Source of the DNA: an uncultured Acidobacteriota bacterium
Lineage (GTDB): Bacteria; Acidobacteriota; Vicinamibacteria; Vicinamibacterales; 2-12-FULL-66-21
Assembly (NCBI GenBank): GCA_963750475.1
Contig: CAVVQQ010000003.1
Span: 162,523-226,522 of the forward strand
Direction of reading: 5' to 3'
Length of the DNA: 64,000 nt
The notes beneath the pieces were generated by a model, which was not told the origin of the DNA, searched no databases, and worked only from the letters and a program-made list of their open reading frames with translations. Both the position numbers and the translations under genes were made by a program. Positions 40,438 through 52,121 of this stretch are shown here, piece after piece; position 1 is the stretch's first letter; each line of letters opens with the position of its first letter.

Positions 40438-40755
40438 CTACTGGTTATCGCGCAGCCGGCCGAGCGTGCTCTCGATGGACCGCTTCAGCTTGTCGGCGGC
40501 GCCGTCCATGGCTTGCTCCACGGTCGCCGCCTGATGAGTTACGGCGATCGGTTGGCGGCCTTCGAGGCGGGCCTCCATCATGCACCGTTTGTCTTCGACG
40601 CCGAACCCGGGTCCGTTCTCGTCGCTCAGATGAATCTCCACCCTCGTGATCTGATCGCTGAACCGCGCCAGCGCGGCTTCGACGATGGCCTTCGCCCGCG
40701 CGGCCAGGCCCTCGCTGCCTGTGATGTTGGAGTCGGTGTTCGTCTGTATCTGCAT
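40438..40755 (-). CDS. HPF/RaiA family ribosome-associated protein
   Basis: MQIQTNTD, RFSDQITRVEIHLSDENG, DKRCMMEARLEGRQPIAVTH. Confidence 0.88.
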   Translation of the reverse strand: MQIQTNTDSNITGSEGLAARAKAIVEAALARFSDQITRVEIHLSDENGPGFGVEDKRCMMEARLEGRQPIAVTHQAATVEQAMDGAADKLKRSIESTLGRLRDNQ

Positions 40756-41219
40756 CTGCTCCTCTGGTGTGGCGTCCGGATCTACTGTGGATCGCTTCGA
40801 CGGAGACGGTCTTTCCAATAGTGGACATCCGCCTGCCGTCGGTGATGCTCACACCGATCCCGCCGAACTGACTTCCGGCTCGCTCCTAGAGAGCGAACAT
40901 CTCACTGCTGACCGTGGTCGCGCGGGAGCGACTATCGTGCGGTCGGTGGTCGCGATGACGTGGTTTGTCGGCGAGGGATCTGTCGGATTCGCAGGTCCGC
41001 TTTTCCGTCGCGCGTTCCCCCCGCCTCACGCTCTTGCTTCGGTGGGGACTTGCCGGCGCCCCCTTCGTTCTCCCACCTGGTAATCGATTTGGAACATTCT
41101 GGACCAGACGGTGGTTTCTTCATGTTTCAGTCTCGGCTGATGTCCGGGGGGCCGTTGTGCAATTGTGAACAGCGGCCCGCGGGCCGTTCCCGGCACGATC
41201 CACGAGGAGCCAGCTGTCC

Positions 41220-42302
41220 ATGAACCCGACTCGACAACTGCACGACCTCGGTCAGAGCCTCTGGCTGGACAACATCACGCGCGAGTTGCTCGATAATGGC
41301 ACCCTGGGCCGCTACATCGAGGAGCTGTCGATCACCGGCCTGACCTCGAACCCGACCATCTTCGACGGCGCGATCGGCGGCGGCCCGGCGTATGACGCCG
41401 GCATCCGCGAGAAGGCGCGAGCGGGGCAATCCGGCGAACGCCTGTTCATCGAATTGGCGCTGGAGGATCTTCGCCGTGCCGCGGATCTGTTCCGCCCGGT
41501 GTTCGAGGCCAGCCATCACCTCGATGGCTGGGTCTCGATGGAAGTCTCGCCGCTGCTGGCCGGTGATACCGCCGGCAGCATTGCCGCCGCGCGGCAGATT
41601 CACCAGCAAGCCGATCGGCCGAACCTGTTCGTGAAGATTCCGGGAACGCCGGAAGGGATTCCGGCGATCGAGGAATCGATCGCCGCCGGCGTGCCGATCA
41701 ACGTCACGCTGCTGTTCTCGCGCGAGCAGTATCTCGCCGCCGCCGAGGCCTACCTGCGCGGCATCGAGCGCCGCCTCGCCGCCGGGCGTGACCCGCGGGT
41801 GGGCTCGGTCGCTTCGCTGTTCATCAGCCGCTGGGACGTGGCGGTCAAGGACACCGTGCCCGCGGAGCTGCGCAACAGGCTCGGCATCGCGATCGGTGGG
41901 CGTACCTACCGCGCCTATCGCGAGCTGCTGGCGTCGCCGCGCTGGCGCGCGCTTGCCGACGCGGGCGCCCAGCCGCAACGTCTGCTCTGGGCGAGCACCG
42001 GCACCAAGGATCCCGACGCGTCCGACACGCTGTATGTCGCAGCGCTGGCCGCGCCGGACACCATCGACACCCTTCCGGAGAAGACTCTGCATGCCTTTGC
42101 CGACCACGGGGCGCTCGAGGGACCGATGGCCGTCGACGGCGGAGATGCCGAGGCCATGCTGACGCGGTTCGCGCAGGCCGGGGTCGACATCCAGGCGCTC
42201 GCGCAGCAGCTACAGCGCGAGGGCGCGCAGTCTTTCGTCAAGTCCTGGCAACAGCTGCTGCAGCGTATCGAGGACAAGAGCGCCGCGCTGGCGGACCGCT
42301 GA
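41220..42302 (+). CDS. tal: Transaldolase
   Basis: GQSLWLDNI, GLTSNPTIF, FVKIPGT, NVTLLFS, RLLWASTGTK. Confidence 0.96.
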   Translation: MNPTRQLHDLGQSLWLDNITRELLDNGTLGRYIEELSITGLTSNPTIFDGAIGGGPAYDAGIREKARAGQSGERLFIELALEDLRRAADLFRPVFEASHHLDGWVSMEVSPLLAGDTAGSIAAARQIHQQADRPNLFVKIPGTPEGIPAIEESIAAGVPINVTLLFSREQYLAAAEAYLRGIERRLAAGRDPRVGSVASLFISRWDVAVKDTVPAELRNRLGIAIGGRTYRAYRELLASPRWRALADAGAQPQRLLWASTGTKDPDASDTLYVAALAAPDTIDTLPEKTLHAFADHGALEGPMAVDGGDAEAMLTRFAQAGVDIQALAQQLQREGAQSFVKSWQQLLQRIEDKSAALADR

Positions 42303-42439
42303 CCGCCAAGGTCCGCCCGCAGGCCCCCGGCGCATCAGGGGCCGACAGGCGCGAGCCGAGCGGACGGCCAGTGACAATCGCGCCGCAGGGCCTGGGTGCG
42401 TGCCCGAGGTGCCTCGCCCCGCACGGACCGCCGCTCAGG

Positions 42440-42468
42440 TTGACGCGCAGATCGACGCCATCCATAAT
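42440..42468 (+). promoter_or_regulatory. Sigma70 promoter for a probably leaderless small gene
   Basis: TTGACG, 17 nt, CATAAT; ATG follows after a 6-nt gap. Confidence 0.65.
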
Positions 42469-42474
42469 CCCGCC

Positions 42475-42576
42475 ATGTTCAAACTTCTCGGCTCCTATGC
42501 CCTCGCAAAGCTGCTCGGCGGCGGGTTCCTGCTTGCGATCGTGATTTACTTCGTGCTCACCGCCCTTGGGCGCTGA
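42475..42576 (+). CDS. 33-aa single-TM small protein
   Basis: MFKLLGSYALAKLLGGGFLLAIVIYFVLTALGR*, hand-translated. Confidence 0.65.
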   Translation: MFKLLGSYALAKLLGGGFLLAIVIYFVLTALGR

Positions 42577-42617
42577 GCGCCACGCCGGATCCTGATGCGC
42601 GTCAGCAGGGCTCGCGG

Positions 42618-43650
42618 TCAGCGCCAGCCGAGTTCCGGAGCGACGTATTTGACGATGCTCTCGAGGACGTGGGCGTTGTAGTCCACGCCCAACTGGTTTG
42701 GGATCGTGAGGAGCAACGTATCGGCCGCCCTGACCGCCTCGTCGGCCGCCAGTTCCTTGACGAGCACGTCGGGTTCCGCGGCGTACCGAGCGGCCGAAAA
42801 TGGCCCGCGTGTTCGCGTCGATGTAGCCGACCTGATCCTGATCGCTGGCGTCGCGTCCGAAATACGCCCGGTCGCGGTCGTCGACGAGCGCGAAGATGCT
42901 GCGGCTGACAGACACGCGTGGCTCACGAGAGTGTCCGGCGTCCTTCCACGCTTGACGATAGGCGTCAATCTGCTTGCGCTGCTGGACGTGCAGCGGCTCG
43001 CCAGTCTCGTCATTCTTGAGCGTCGAACTCTGAAGATTCATGCCCAGTGTCGCGGCCCACTTGGCCGTCGCGTTGGAACTCGCGCCCCACCAGATCCGCT
43101 CACGCAATCCTTCTGAATAGGGCTCGAGGCGCAGCCGCCCCGGCGGATTGGGAAACATCGGCCGCGGGTTGGGTTCCGCGAAGCCCCCGCCGTTCAGTCG
43201 TTCGAGGAACACCTCCGCGTGGCGGCGCGCCATGTCGGCCGCCGTCTCGCCGTCTCGCGGCGCATAGCCGAAATGCCGCCAGCCGTCGATCACCTGTTCC
43301 GGTGAGCCGCGGCTGATGCCCAGTTGCAGACGTCCACCGGCGATGATGTCCGCGGCGCCAGCATCCTCGGCCATGTACATCGGGTTCTCGTAGCGCATGT
43401 CGATGACCGCCGTCCCGATTTCAATCTTCCGCGTCCGCGCGCCGACGGCGGCGAGGAGCGGGAACGGCGAGCCGAGCTGCCGGGCGAAGTGATGCACGCG
43501 AAAGTAGGCGCCGTCCAGACCGAGAGCCTCGGCGGCGACTGCCAATTCAATCGACTGCAAAAGGGCGTCGGACGCGGTGCGCACTTCCGAATAGGGCGCC
43601 GGCGTCCAGTGGCCGAAAGACAGAAATCCGATCCTCTTCACGCCAGGCAC
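42618..43650 (-). CDS. LLM class flavin-dependent oxidoreductase (frameshift ~42785)
   Basis: KRIGFLSFGHW, YFRVHHFARQ, IEIGTAVIDMRYENP; C-terminus LLLTIPNQLGVDYN. Confidence 0.92.
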
Positions 43651-43768
43651 CTCGGAGCCGCTCGAATCAAGAACACTGGTGATTTACCCCATCGACCCTT
43701 ACTACTCTCCTCGGATCAGGAGCCGATGATCAAGCAGGGTCATCGAAGGCGTATCGTAGACTGGGAAT

Positions 43769-44239
43769 ATGCAGATGCGCCAGGGCGTCGTACCGCCGAC
43801 CGAAGTGGATGACGCCGCAAGCGGATCGGCTGACCGCGCCGAGAAGCGGCCCAGCCGTCCATTCGGCCTGTGGATCCTGACGCTCGCCCTGCTGGGCAGT
43901 CCGCTGATTCACGCCGGGGCGCTGCTGCTCCGCACGCGCTGGCTCAATTTCGGCAGTCTCAGGCTGTGGGACGGACTCGTATATTTCCTCATCGCGCCCT
44001 TCGTCGGCGTGCTGATGCTGAGACGGCACGAGCGCGCCCGCTTCTCGGTCTATGTGTTCCTGTCGTGCGAGGTTCTTCGAGCGTTTCGGATCGACTCGCC
44101 CGTTCTCGGCCTGCTCGCCGTCGGCTTCCTGGTTTACCTGCAGCTGCCCGCATCGCGGAGGTTCCACCCGTCGGTCGATCCACGACGAGTGCTCGCGCGA
44201 TTGCGTGTCCGGCGTAAGGACCGCGCCGGCGCGGTGTAA
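43769..44239 (+). CDS. Hypothetical membrane protein
   Basis: Three to four hydrophobic segments; fills the intergenic gap. Confidence 0.5.
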   Translation: MQMRQGVVPPTEVDDAASGSADRAEKRPSRPFGLWILTLALLGSPLIHAGALLLRTRWLNFGSLRLWDGLVYFLIAPFVGVLMLRRHERARFSVYVFLSCEVLRAFRIDSPVLGLLAVGFLVYLQLPASRRFHPSVDPRRVLARLRVRRKDRAGAV

Positions 44240-44311
44240 GGGGCGGGATCGCCAGATGCACGAGGTCGTAAGGAAGCGCCAGCCGACACTCCTGACAACC
44301 GAGCGCTGCAA

Positions 44312-45208
44312 CTATGGGGCAAAGTCAGCACGCTCCATGACCACGTGCGGCGGCTCGCCGGCGACCGCGCCCACCGACGCCAGGATGATGGCGCCGATCG
44401 CGGTCCACTGCGTGATGGTCAGCCCCTCGTGGAGCAGCACAACACCGGCGATCGCCGCAATCGCCGGTTCAAAACTCATCAGCGTGCCGAAGACCTTGGT
44501 CGAGAGCCTCCGCAGCGCGATCATTTCCAGCGTATAGGGGAGGGCGCTGGAGAAGATCGCCACGCCCACGCCGAACGGCAGGATGGACGGATCGAAGAGC
44601 CTCGCGCCGGCGTCGGCGACGCCGACGGGCACGGTCAGGAGCGCAGCGACCATCAGGCCCCAGGTCGACGCGCTGGGGCCCTGCGCCCGTCCGGCCTTCT
44701 GGCCGAAGACGATGTACAGCGCCCAGCCGACGCCGGCCGCGAGCGCGTAGAGAACGCCGATCGGGTCCAGCGCGGCACCGCTCCGCGTCATCGGCAGCAG
44801 CAGTGCCAATCCGACCGCCGCGAGTCCCACCCACAGGTAATCGAGCCGTCGTCGCGATGCCATCACGGCGACCGCCAGCGGGCCGACGAACTCGATGGCC
44901 ACGGCGATGCCGAGTGGAAGGCGGCCCAGCGCCAGATAGAACACCGAGTTCATCGCGCCGAGCGAGACGCCGTAGGCCAGCAGCACCGGCCACGCCGATC
45001 GCGACGGCATCGATCGCCACGGACGCTGCAGGACGACGAGGAGCAGCGCCGAAAGGCCGAGGCGCAGCGCCGTCGTCCCTGGCGCACCGATCTCCGGGAT
45101 CAGCTGCTTGGCGAAGGTCGCGCCGATCTGGAACGAGACCATCGCAATCGTGGCACTGAGCACGGCCGCGCCGGTTGGCGGGATCATTCGCTGAAGATCG
45201 TAGACCAT
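44312..45208 (-). CDS. rhtA: EamA/RhtA-like exporter
   Basis: SFQIGATFAK, RLPLGIAVAIEFVGPL, SSALPYTLEMIALRRL, LMSFEPA. Confidence 0.88.
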   Translation of the reverse strand: MVYDLQRMIPPTGAAVLSATIAMVSFQIGATFAKQLIPEIGAPGTTALRLGLSALLLVVLQRPWRSMPSRSAWPVLLAYGVSLGAMNSVFYLALGRLPLGIAVAIEFVGPLAVAVMASRRRLDYLWVGLAAVGLALLLPMTRSGAALDPIGVLYALAAGVGWALYIVFGQKAGRAQGPSASTWGLMVAALLTVPVGVADAGARLFDPSILPFGVGVAIFSSALPYTLEMIALRRLSTKVFGTLMSFEPAIAAIAGVVLLHEGLTITQWTAIGAIILASVGAVAGEPPHVVMERADFAP

Positions 45209-45310
45209 CCTCGGTTTGCGGCATCGTTCCGGGCGGCATCGAACCGGACCTCTCCCATTTCTGCGTCGAAGGGATCGCCGGTGCGGGGCCGAGCCGTCGA
45301 CCGTTGTGGA

Positions 45311-45493
45311 CTAACGCATCATCATGCCGCCGCCCATGTGGCCGGTGAGCCAGAGGACCAGGAGAATCAACAGGACAAGACCGAGCAGGCCGCCGCCGTA
45401 GTGTGGGGTGCCCCATCCGGCCCCACGGCCGTAGCAGTACCCACCGCCGCCACCGAAGAGGAGCACCAGGACGACAATCAGGACGACAAGCAT
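45311..45493 (-). CDS. DUF3309-like small membrane protein
   Basis: MLVVLIVVLVLLFGGGGGY...GGGLLGLVLLILLVLWLTG; GGAGAGG RBS. Confidence 0.75.
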   Translation of the reverse strand: MLVVLIVVLVLLFGGGGGYCYGRGAGWGTPHYGGGLLGLVLLILLVLWLTGHMGGGMMMR

Positions 45494-45681
45494 GACAAAC
45501 CTCTCTCCACGACGGGCATGACGCACCCCTGTTCGTCCAGGATCAGGGACGGCCTCGGTTCGCGCGCCATGTACCCAACTCAGCATGCGCCAGTCGAAGA
45601 CGAGCGTCTGTGCATTCGAGAACACACCGCTGCCGTTACCTCCGCGTCGCTCGGTGCGGGTGTAAGGACTGGGAATCCGGC

Positions 45682-47412
45682 CTAGAGCGACGCCGTGGCC
45701 AGGTCGCGCGCCGCGTCCTCGCCCACCAGCGAGAAGCGCGAATGGAGTCTCCTGCGCCCGCGCCAGCGCCGCCTGGACGTGGGGCACGATGTTGTCGGCG
45801 CCGACATGATGGATGAGTTCGGCCTGATGGAGGAACTGCGCGGGCTGGTGGCGCGCGCCACACAGGATCAGCGTGCGGCCGGATTTCTTCAGGCGATCAC
45901 TCAGCGTCTCCAGCGCATGCAGACCGGACGCGTCGATCGCCGTCATATTCCGCAACCGCAGGATGACGATGGGCGCAAACGCCGAGAGGTCGGCCGTCGC
46001 GTCCGCGAGCTTGTCGGTCATCCCGAACAGAAACGGGCCGTGGATGCGCAGGATCGTGACATACGGGGGGACGTGCTTGTCCTGCAGGACGTGGGCGCGG
46101 CCGTCTTCGATGTATTCCGGCGTGACGGTCGCGATGCTGGTCGTGTCCGTGACCCGGTAGATATACAGCAGCGCGGCCAGGGCCATGCCCACTTCCACGG
46201 CGATCGTCAGATCGGCCATGACGGTCAGCGCGAAGGTGATCATCCAGACCGACTTGTCGGCCCAGTCGAGACGCCAGATCCCGGCAATCTCCCGCCACTC
46301 GCCCATGTTGTAGGCGACGACGAAGAGCACGGCCGCGAGGGTCGCCAGCGGCACATACGTGGCGAGGGGCGCCAGCAGAAGGACGATGGCCAGCAGCGTC
46401 GCGGCATGAACCAGACCAGCGACCGGCGAGCGGGCGCCCGAGCGGAAGTTCGTCGCCGTGCGGGCAATCGCGCCGGTAACGGGGATGCCGCCGACGAGCG
46501 GCGCGAGGATGTTGGCCACGCCCTGGCGCCATGAGCTCGGCGTTCGAATTGTGCCGATCGCCGGTCATCGAGTCGGCGACGACCGCCGAGAGCAGACTCT
46601 CGACCGCGGCCAGCAGCGCCACCGTCATCGCCGCCGGCAGCAGCGGCAGGATCAGATCGACACGGAACGCGGGAATGTGGATCGGCGGCAGCCCGCCGGG
46701 AATCGCCCCGAACTTGGAGCCGATGGTCTCCACCGGCAGCTGAAAAGCGACGACCGCGACCGTGCCGGCGACGAGTGCGACGATGGAGCCGGGCACGCGC
46801 GGCAGCCACCGCGGCACCAGCAGGACCAGCGCCAGCGAGCCGACGCCCAGCGCCAGCGCCGCGGGATGAAACGTGTTGCATCGACGCGACGAACAGTGTC
46901 ATGCGCGCGAAGAACTCGCTCGGCGGGTTACCGACGCCGAGGCCAAAGAAGTCCTTGATCTGGGTGGAGGCGATCAGCAAGGCGATGCCGTTGGTGAAGC
47001 CGAGGACGACCGGCCTCGGGATGAACTTGATCGCCTGGCCGAGGCCGGTGACCGCCAGGAACAGCAGCATGACGCCCGCCATCATCGTGACCATCAGCAG
47101 GCCGGACAGGCCGTGCGCGGCGATGATGCCCGCGACGATCACGACGAATGCGCCGGTCGGTCCGCCGATTTGAATGCGCGAGCCGCCGAGGAAGGACACC
47201 ACGAAGCCGCCGACGATCGCCGTGTAGATGCCTGCCTGTGGGGTCACGCCCGAGGCGATCCCGAACGCCATCGCCAGCGGCAGCGCGACGACGCCGACCG
47301 TCAGGCCAGCGATCACATCGGCGAGCAGCGTCCGGCGGTCATAGGCGGCGAGGTCCTGAAACAGCTTTGGCTGCCAGGTTCGCCACGGAATGCGACTGAA
47401 GAGTGCGCTCAT
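45682..47412 (-). CDS. SulP family anion transporter with STAS domain (several frameshifts)
   Basis: ADVIAGLTVGVVALPLAMAFGIASG, QIGGPTGAF, ESLLSAVVAD, TGAIARTATN, RIHGPFLFG. Confidence 0.92.
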
Positions 47413-47745
47413 CCGGCCGTCGGTCGACTCATTTTCGCCGAGCAGGGTCAAGGTGTCGTTGAGGTGAGCGGAGACGTACTGCTTCAGCAGGTCGAGCACC
47501 TGAATGAGGACGGGATCGCGCAGCGCGTAGTAGACCTGGTTCCCTGCCTTGCGGCTGGCGACGACGTGTTTCGCCCGCAGGACAGCCAGGTGTTGCGAGA
47601 GGTTGGACTGCTCGCCGCCCAGCCTGGTGAGGAGGGCCCCGGCGGTGAGCTCGCCGTCGCGCAAGGCCTCGACGATCGCGATTCGTGTCGGGTGGGCCAA
47701 GGCCTGAAAGATTTGGGCCTTGAAGGTTCGGAGCGCGGTCTGCAC
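47409..47745 (-). CDS. ArsR/SmtB family regulator
   Basis: FQALAHPTRIAIVEAL, NLSQHLAVLR; removing one A from GAAAATG restores a TGA overlapping the SulP ATG. Confidence 0.88.
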
Positions 47746-47747
47746 GG

Positions 47748-47778
47748 TATTAGTATATTACAATATTAGAATATACGC
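47748..47778. promoter_or_regulatory. AT-rich dyad between divergent arsR-sulP and P-type ATPase genes (probable ArsR operator)
   Basis: TATATTACAATATTAGAATATA imperfect palindrome in a GC-rich background. Confidence 0.55.
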
Positions 47779-47780
47779 TT

Positions 47781-49681
47781 ATGCTGAAAGACAGGTCGCA
47801 GCTCGTCGACGATGCCGGGCGGACACCGGTGCGTCCCTGGCTCCGCAAGACCACGGTCATCGCGACGCTCGCCGTCGCGGCGATCCTTGCGCACCTTGTG
47901 CTTCGCTTCGGCGTTCGCGCCAGTCCGGCCACTTCCCGGATTCCGTTGCTGGTCACGCTCGCGATCGGCGGCGTGCCGCTTCTCTACGACCTGCTGCGGA
48001 AGCTCCTGAAGCGGGAATTCGGATCGGATCTGCTCGGCGGTATTTCGATCGTCACGTCGGTCCTGCTGGGTGAGTACCTCGCCGGCTCGATCATCGTGCT
48101 GATGCTCGCGGGCGGTGAGGCGCTGGAGAGCTACGCGTTCCGCAGCGCCTCCTCGGTGCTGGCCGCGCTGGCCAAGCGGATGCCGTCGGTGGCCCACCGG
48201 AAACGGGACGCGGCGATCGTGGACGTCGCGCTGCAGGACGTCGCCGTCGGCGACACCCTCGTGATCTACCCGCACGATATCTGCCCGGTGGACGGCGTCG
48301 TGATCGACGGCCACGGCGTGATGGACGAATCCTACCTGACGGGCGAGCCGTTCCAGATCACCAAGACCCGCGGCTCGACGGTGCTGTCGGGCGCGATCAA
48401 CGGCGAGTCCGCCCTGACGATCCGCACGCACCGCAACGCGCCGCCGACTCGCGCTACGCGAAGATCATGAACGTGATGCGCGAGTCCGAATCCAGCCGGC
48501 CGACGCTGCGCCGGCTCGGGGATCGCCTCGGCGCCATCTACACGCCGGTCGCGCTGACGGTCGCCGGCGCTGGCGTGGGTCATGACCGGAGATGCCGTTC
48601 GCTTCCTCGCCGTCCTGGTCATCGCCACGCCCTGCCCGCTCCTCATCGCCATCCCGATCGCGATCATCGGCTCCATTTCGCTGTGCGCCCGCCGGGCGAT
48701 CATCGTCAAGAGTCCGGTCGTGCTCGAGCAGATCGCCGAGTGCCGCACGGCGATTTTCGACAAGACCGGGACGCTCACCTACGGCGAGCCGAAGCTGACC
48801 GAACAACTGATCGCCCCGGGCTTCGCCCAGCCGGACGTGCTGACGCTCGTCGCGAGTCTGGAGCGCTACTCGAAACATCCGCTGGCGCGCGCCATTCTGG
48901 CGGCAGCGACGAAGGCCGGCATCCAGATTCCGGAAGCCACCGAGGTGAGCGAACCGCCCGGCCAGGGGCTGCGCGGCACGGTTGCGGGCCATCAGGTGCA
49001 GGTCACGAGCCGCAACAAGCTGCTCGCCGCAGCACATTCCCGGCGCCGATCAGCTCCCGCCGCTCGCCGGCGGACTCGAATGCGTGGTGGTGATTGACGA
49101 GCGCTACGCGGCAGCCTTGCGCTTTCGTGATGCGCCGCGCGCGGAGAGTCTCTCGTTCGTGAAGCATCTGGGCCCCAAGCACCAGTTCCACGAAGGTCAT
49201 GATCGTGTCCGGAGATCGCGAGTCGGAGGTGCGCTACCTCGCCGAGCAGGTCGGCATCACGGAGATTCACGCGCAGAAGAGTCCCGAAGAAAAGCTCGCC
49301 ATCGTCCGCGCGGAAACCGCCGCGGCCAAGACGCTCTACGTGGGGGACGGCATCAATGACGCCCCGGCGATGATGGCCGCCACGGTCGGCATGGCGATCG
49401 GACAGAACAGCGACGTGACCGCGGAAGCGGCCGGCGTCGTGGTCATGGACAACTCCCTCGAGAAGGTCGACGAGTTCATGCACATCAGCCGCCGGATGCG
49501 ATCCATCGCCCTCCAGAGCGCGGTCGGCGGCATGGCGCTGAGCGTCATCGGCATGGCCTTCGCCGCCACCGGTCACCTGAGCCCGGTGGGCGGCGCCATC
49601 GCGCAGGAAGTCATCGATGTGCTGGCGGTGCTCAATGCCCTGCGGGCCGCCTTCCCGCCGCGCGTGATTCATGATCTCTGA
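47781..49681 (+). CDS. Heavy-metal P1B-type ATPase, P1B-5-like (frameshifted)
   Basis: [56 protein letters not shown]. Confidence 0.9.
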
Positions 49682-50574
49682 CCACGCGGCGGCCCGGCCA
49701 GCGCCTCGAAGCCGGCGACGACGTCGAACAGTTCCTCGTCGATGCCGCTCTGACGCAGCTGCTGGAACGTCCCGTTGAGATGCTCGAGCAGCTCGTCGAT
49801 GTTCTTGTCGGCGCGCTGCATCGCCGCGAGGCGGCTGGCATTCTCGCTGGCGAGGGATTCGGCGCACGCCCGGAAGATTGAGACGAACAGATATTCGCGG
49901 ATGAAGGCCCGCAAGGTCGCAGTGCCGCCGCCCATCACCTCCGGCACGCTTCTGGTCGGCCAGGGGCGTTCGGCCAGCTCGCGCCCCCAGTGTTCGTCGA
50001 GCGGCAGCAGTCGCTGACCGACGGGCGCGTAGACCGCGCCGGAGGTCGGGCGGTTGTAGAAGAGATGGAGTCCGGTGACTTCCCGGCGGCTGAGGCGCGG
50101 TTCGCTCTGCACCAGAATCTGCCCAACCAGCGGGCTGATGGCGGTGACGGAGCTCGGCACCGCAAAGAGACCGACCAGCGGCAGGCCGGCGTCAGCCAGG
50201 CGCGCATACACGCGCTCACCGACGGCCCACACCTGGGCCTTCCCGGGCAGTGCCGCGAGCGTCGTGATCGCATGATCGGCGACGACGTCATTGAACTGGC
50301 CGACCAGGCCCTGGTCGGAACCGAACACGACCGCGCCAACCGCAGCGGCGTCGCGCTCGCCTCGTTGTGGCACCAGCAGGGCGCCGGGCTCGCTTTCCCG
50401 GAGGCACGCGCTCAGCCCCAACTCCACGGTCCGGTAGTAGTCGGCCAAGGCGCGCACCGAGGTCTCATACTGTCCGATACTCGAGGCGGCCAACGCCTTC
50501 ATCGTCCGGACCACGGATTGGAGATCGCCGGCGCTGTTGATCTGCCGGCGCAAGCTCGCCGTGGTGTCGCTCAT
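49669..50574 (-). CDS. atpG: N-ATPase gamma subunit
   Basis: [37 protein letters not shown]. Confidence 0.95.
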   Translation of the reverse strand: MSDTTASLRRQINSAGDLQSVVRTMKALAASSIGQYETSVRALADYYRTVELGLSACLRESEPGALLVPQRGERDAAAVGAVVFGSDQGLVGQFNDVVADHAITTLAALPGKAQVWAVGERVYARLADAGLPLVGLFAVPSSVTAISPLVGQILVQSEPRLSRREVTGLHLFYNRPTSGAVYAPVGQRLLPLDEHWGRELAERPWPTRSVPEVMGGGTATLRAFIREYLFVSIFRACAESLASENASRLAAMQRADKNIDELLEHLNGTFQQLRQSGIDEELFDVVAGFEALAGPPRGQRS

Positions 50575-52121
50575 GACCTCTCCCGGTCCGGCGCGGGCTG
50601 GAAACGAGCGAGCGCCTCTCGGGCGATATCGACAATCGTGTTCCGATCGTCGCCATTCAGTTCTGCGGCGGTCTCGAATCGCCCGCACACCGCCGCGGGA
50701 ATGTTCGCCGCCGCCTCCTGTACCGCGCGCTCGGCATCCGTCATCTGGTCGAGCGGCACCTGGTCGAAGAGTTCAGCGGTCAGCGCCAGCAAGACGGCGA
50801 TCTGCGCCGGGACAGACACCGGGGCGAATTCCGACTGCTTGAGACAGGCGCGAATGCGTCGGCCGTGCTCGATGATCTTGCGGGTGTCGGCGTCGAGGCG
50901 GGCGCCGAACCTGGCAAATGTTTCGAGCTCCTCGAACTGCGCGTAGGCGAGCTTGAGGTCGCCCGCCACCGCGCGGTAAGCCGCCCGCTGCGCCTTGCCG
51001 CCGACCCGCGACACCGACATGCCGACGTCGACGGCGGGGAGCACGCCCAACTCGAACAGCGATGGCGAAACGTAGATCTGCCCGTCCGTGATCGAGATCA
51101 GGTTGGTCGGAATGTAGGCGGAAATGTTTTGCGCTTCGGTTTCGATGATCGGCAAGGCGGTGAGCGATCCGCCGCCGCGTTCCTTCCGCAGGTGAGTGGC
51201 GCGTTCGAGCAGGCGGGAATGGATATAGAAGATGTCGCCCGGGAAGGCCTCGCGCCCCGGTGGCCGGCGCAGCAGCAGGGACAGCTCCCGATAGGCGCGC
51301 GCGTGATGCGTGAGGTCGTCGTAGACGATTAGCACGTCGCGACCGGCCTCGACGAAATACTCCGCGATGCTGGTCGCGGCATACGGGGCGATGTAGGCGA
51401 GGCCCGGCGGGTCGTTGCCCTCGGTCACGACCACGACCGTGTACTCCATCGCGCCCTTTTCCCGCAGCCGCGCCACGGCCTTCGCGACCGACGCCGCGCG
51501 CTGGCCGATGGCGCAGTAGACGCACACCACACTCTGGCCGCGCTGGTTGAGGATGGTGTCGATGGCAATCGCGCTCTTGCCCGTCTGCCGGTCACCCAGA
51601 ATCAACTCGCGCTGGCCGCGGCCGATGGGAATCAGCGCATCGATGACCTTGACGCCGGTCTGGAGCGGCACGGTGACCGGCGCCCGGTCCATGATCGCCG
51701 CCGCCGGGCGTTCGATGGGCAGGCGCGCGGCGGAGGCCACCGCTCCCCGGCCATCGAGCGGCCGGCCGAGCGGGTCGATGACGCGACCCAGCAGTCCGTC
51801 GCCGACCGCCACGTCCATGACCCGGCCGGTGCGTTCGACTTCATCGCCGGCGTGCAGATGCCAGTAGTCGCCGAGCAGCACGACGCCGATGTCGTCCTCG
51901 TCGACGTTGAACGCGATGCCGGACACGCCGCCGGGAAACGTCACCAGCTCCTCGAAGCCGACACCGGGAAGGCCGCTGACATTGGCGATGCCGGTGGAGA
52001 CTCTGGTGATCGTGCCGACCTCGCGGGGCACGAGCCGCGGCACGAAGCTCTCGCGGGTCCGGCTGATGCTCCCGAACGCCCGGTCGAAGGCACGCTGCAG
52101 GCTGTCCGGTTCGGTGGTCAT
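50571..52121 (-). CDS. atpA: N-ATPase alpha subunit
   Basis: [41 protein letters not shown]. Confidence 0.97.
   Translation of the reverse strand: MTTEPDSLQRAFDRAFGSISRTRESFVPRLVPREVGTITRVSTGIANVSGLPGVGFEELVTFPGGVSGIAFNVDEDDIGVVLLGDYWHLHAGDEVERTGRVMDVAVGDGLLGRVIDPLGRPLDGRGAVASAARLPIERPAAAIMDRAPVTVPLQTGVKVIDALIPIGRGQRELILGDRQTGKSAIAIDTILNQRGQSVVCVYCAIGQRAASVAKAVARLREKGAMEYTVVVVTEGNDPPGLAYIAPYAATSIAEYFVEAGRDVLIVYDDLTHHARAYRELSLLLRRPPGREAFPGDIFYIHSRLLERATHLRKERGGGSLTALPIIETEAQNISAYIPTNLISITDGQIYVSPSLFELGVLPAVDVGMSVSRVGGKAQRAAYRAVAGDLKLAYAQFEELETFARFGARLDADTRKIIEHGRRIRACLKQSEFAPVSVPAQIAVLLALTAELFDQVPLDQMTDAERAVQEAAANIPAAVCGRFETAAELNGDDRNTIVDIAREALARFQPAPDRERS

Noticed and set aside
45311..46519. 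Apparent SulP-DUF3309 fusion
   Set aside because: Read-through caused by a frameshift near 45740; the small gene has its own RBS and ATG at 45493.
46240..47745. Apparent ArsR-SulP fusion protein
   Set aside because: Removing one A from the GAAAATG run gives a normal ArsR stop overlapping the SulP ATG; indel errors are common in this window.
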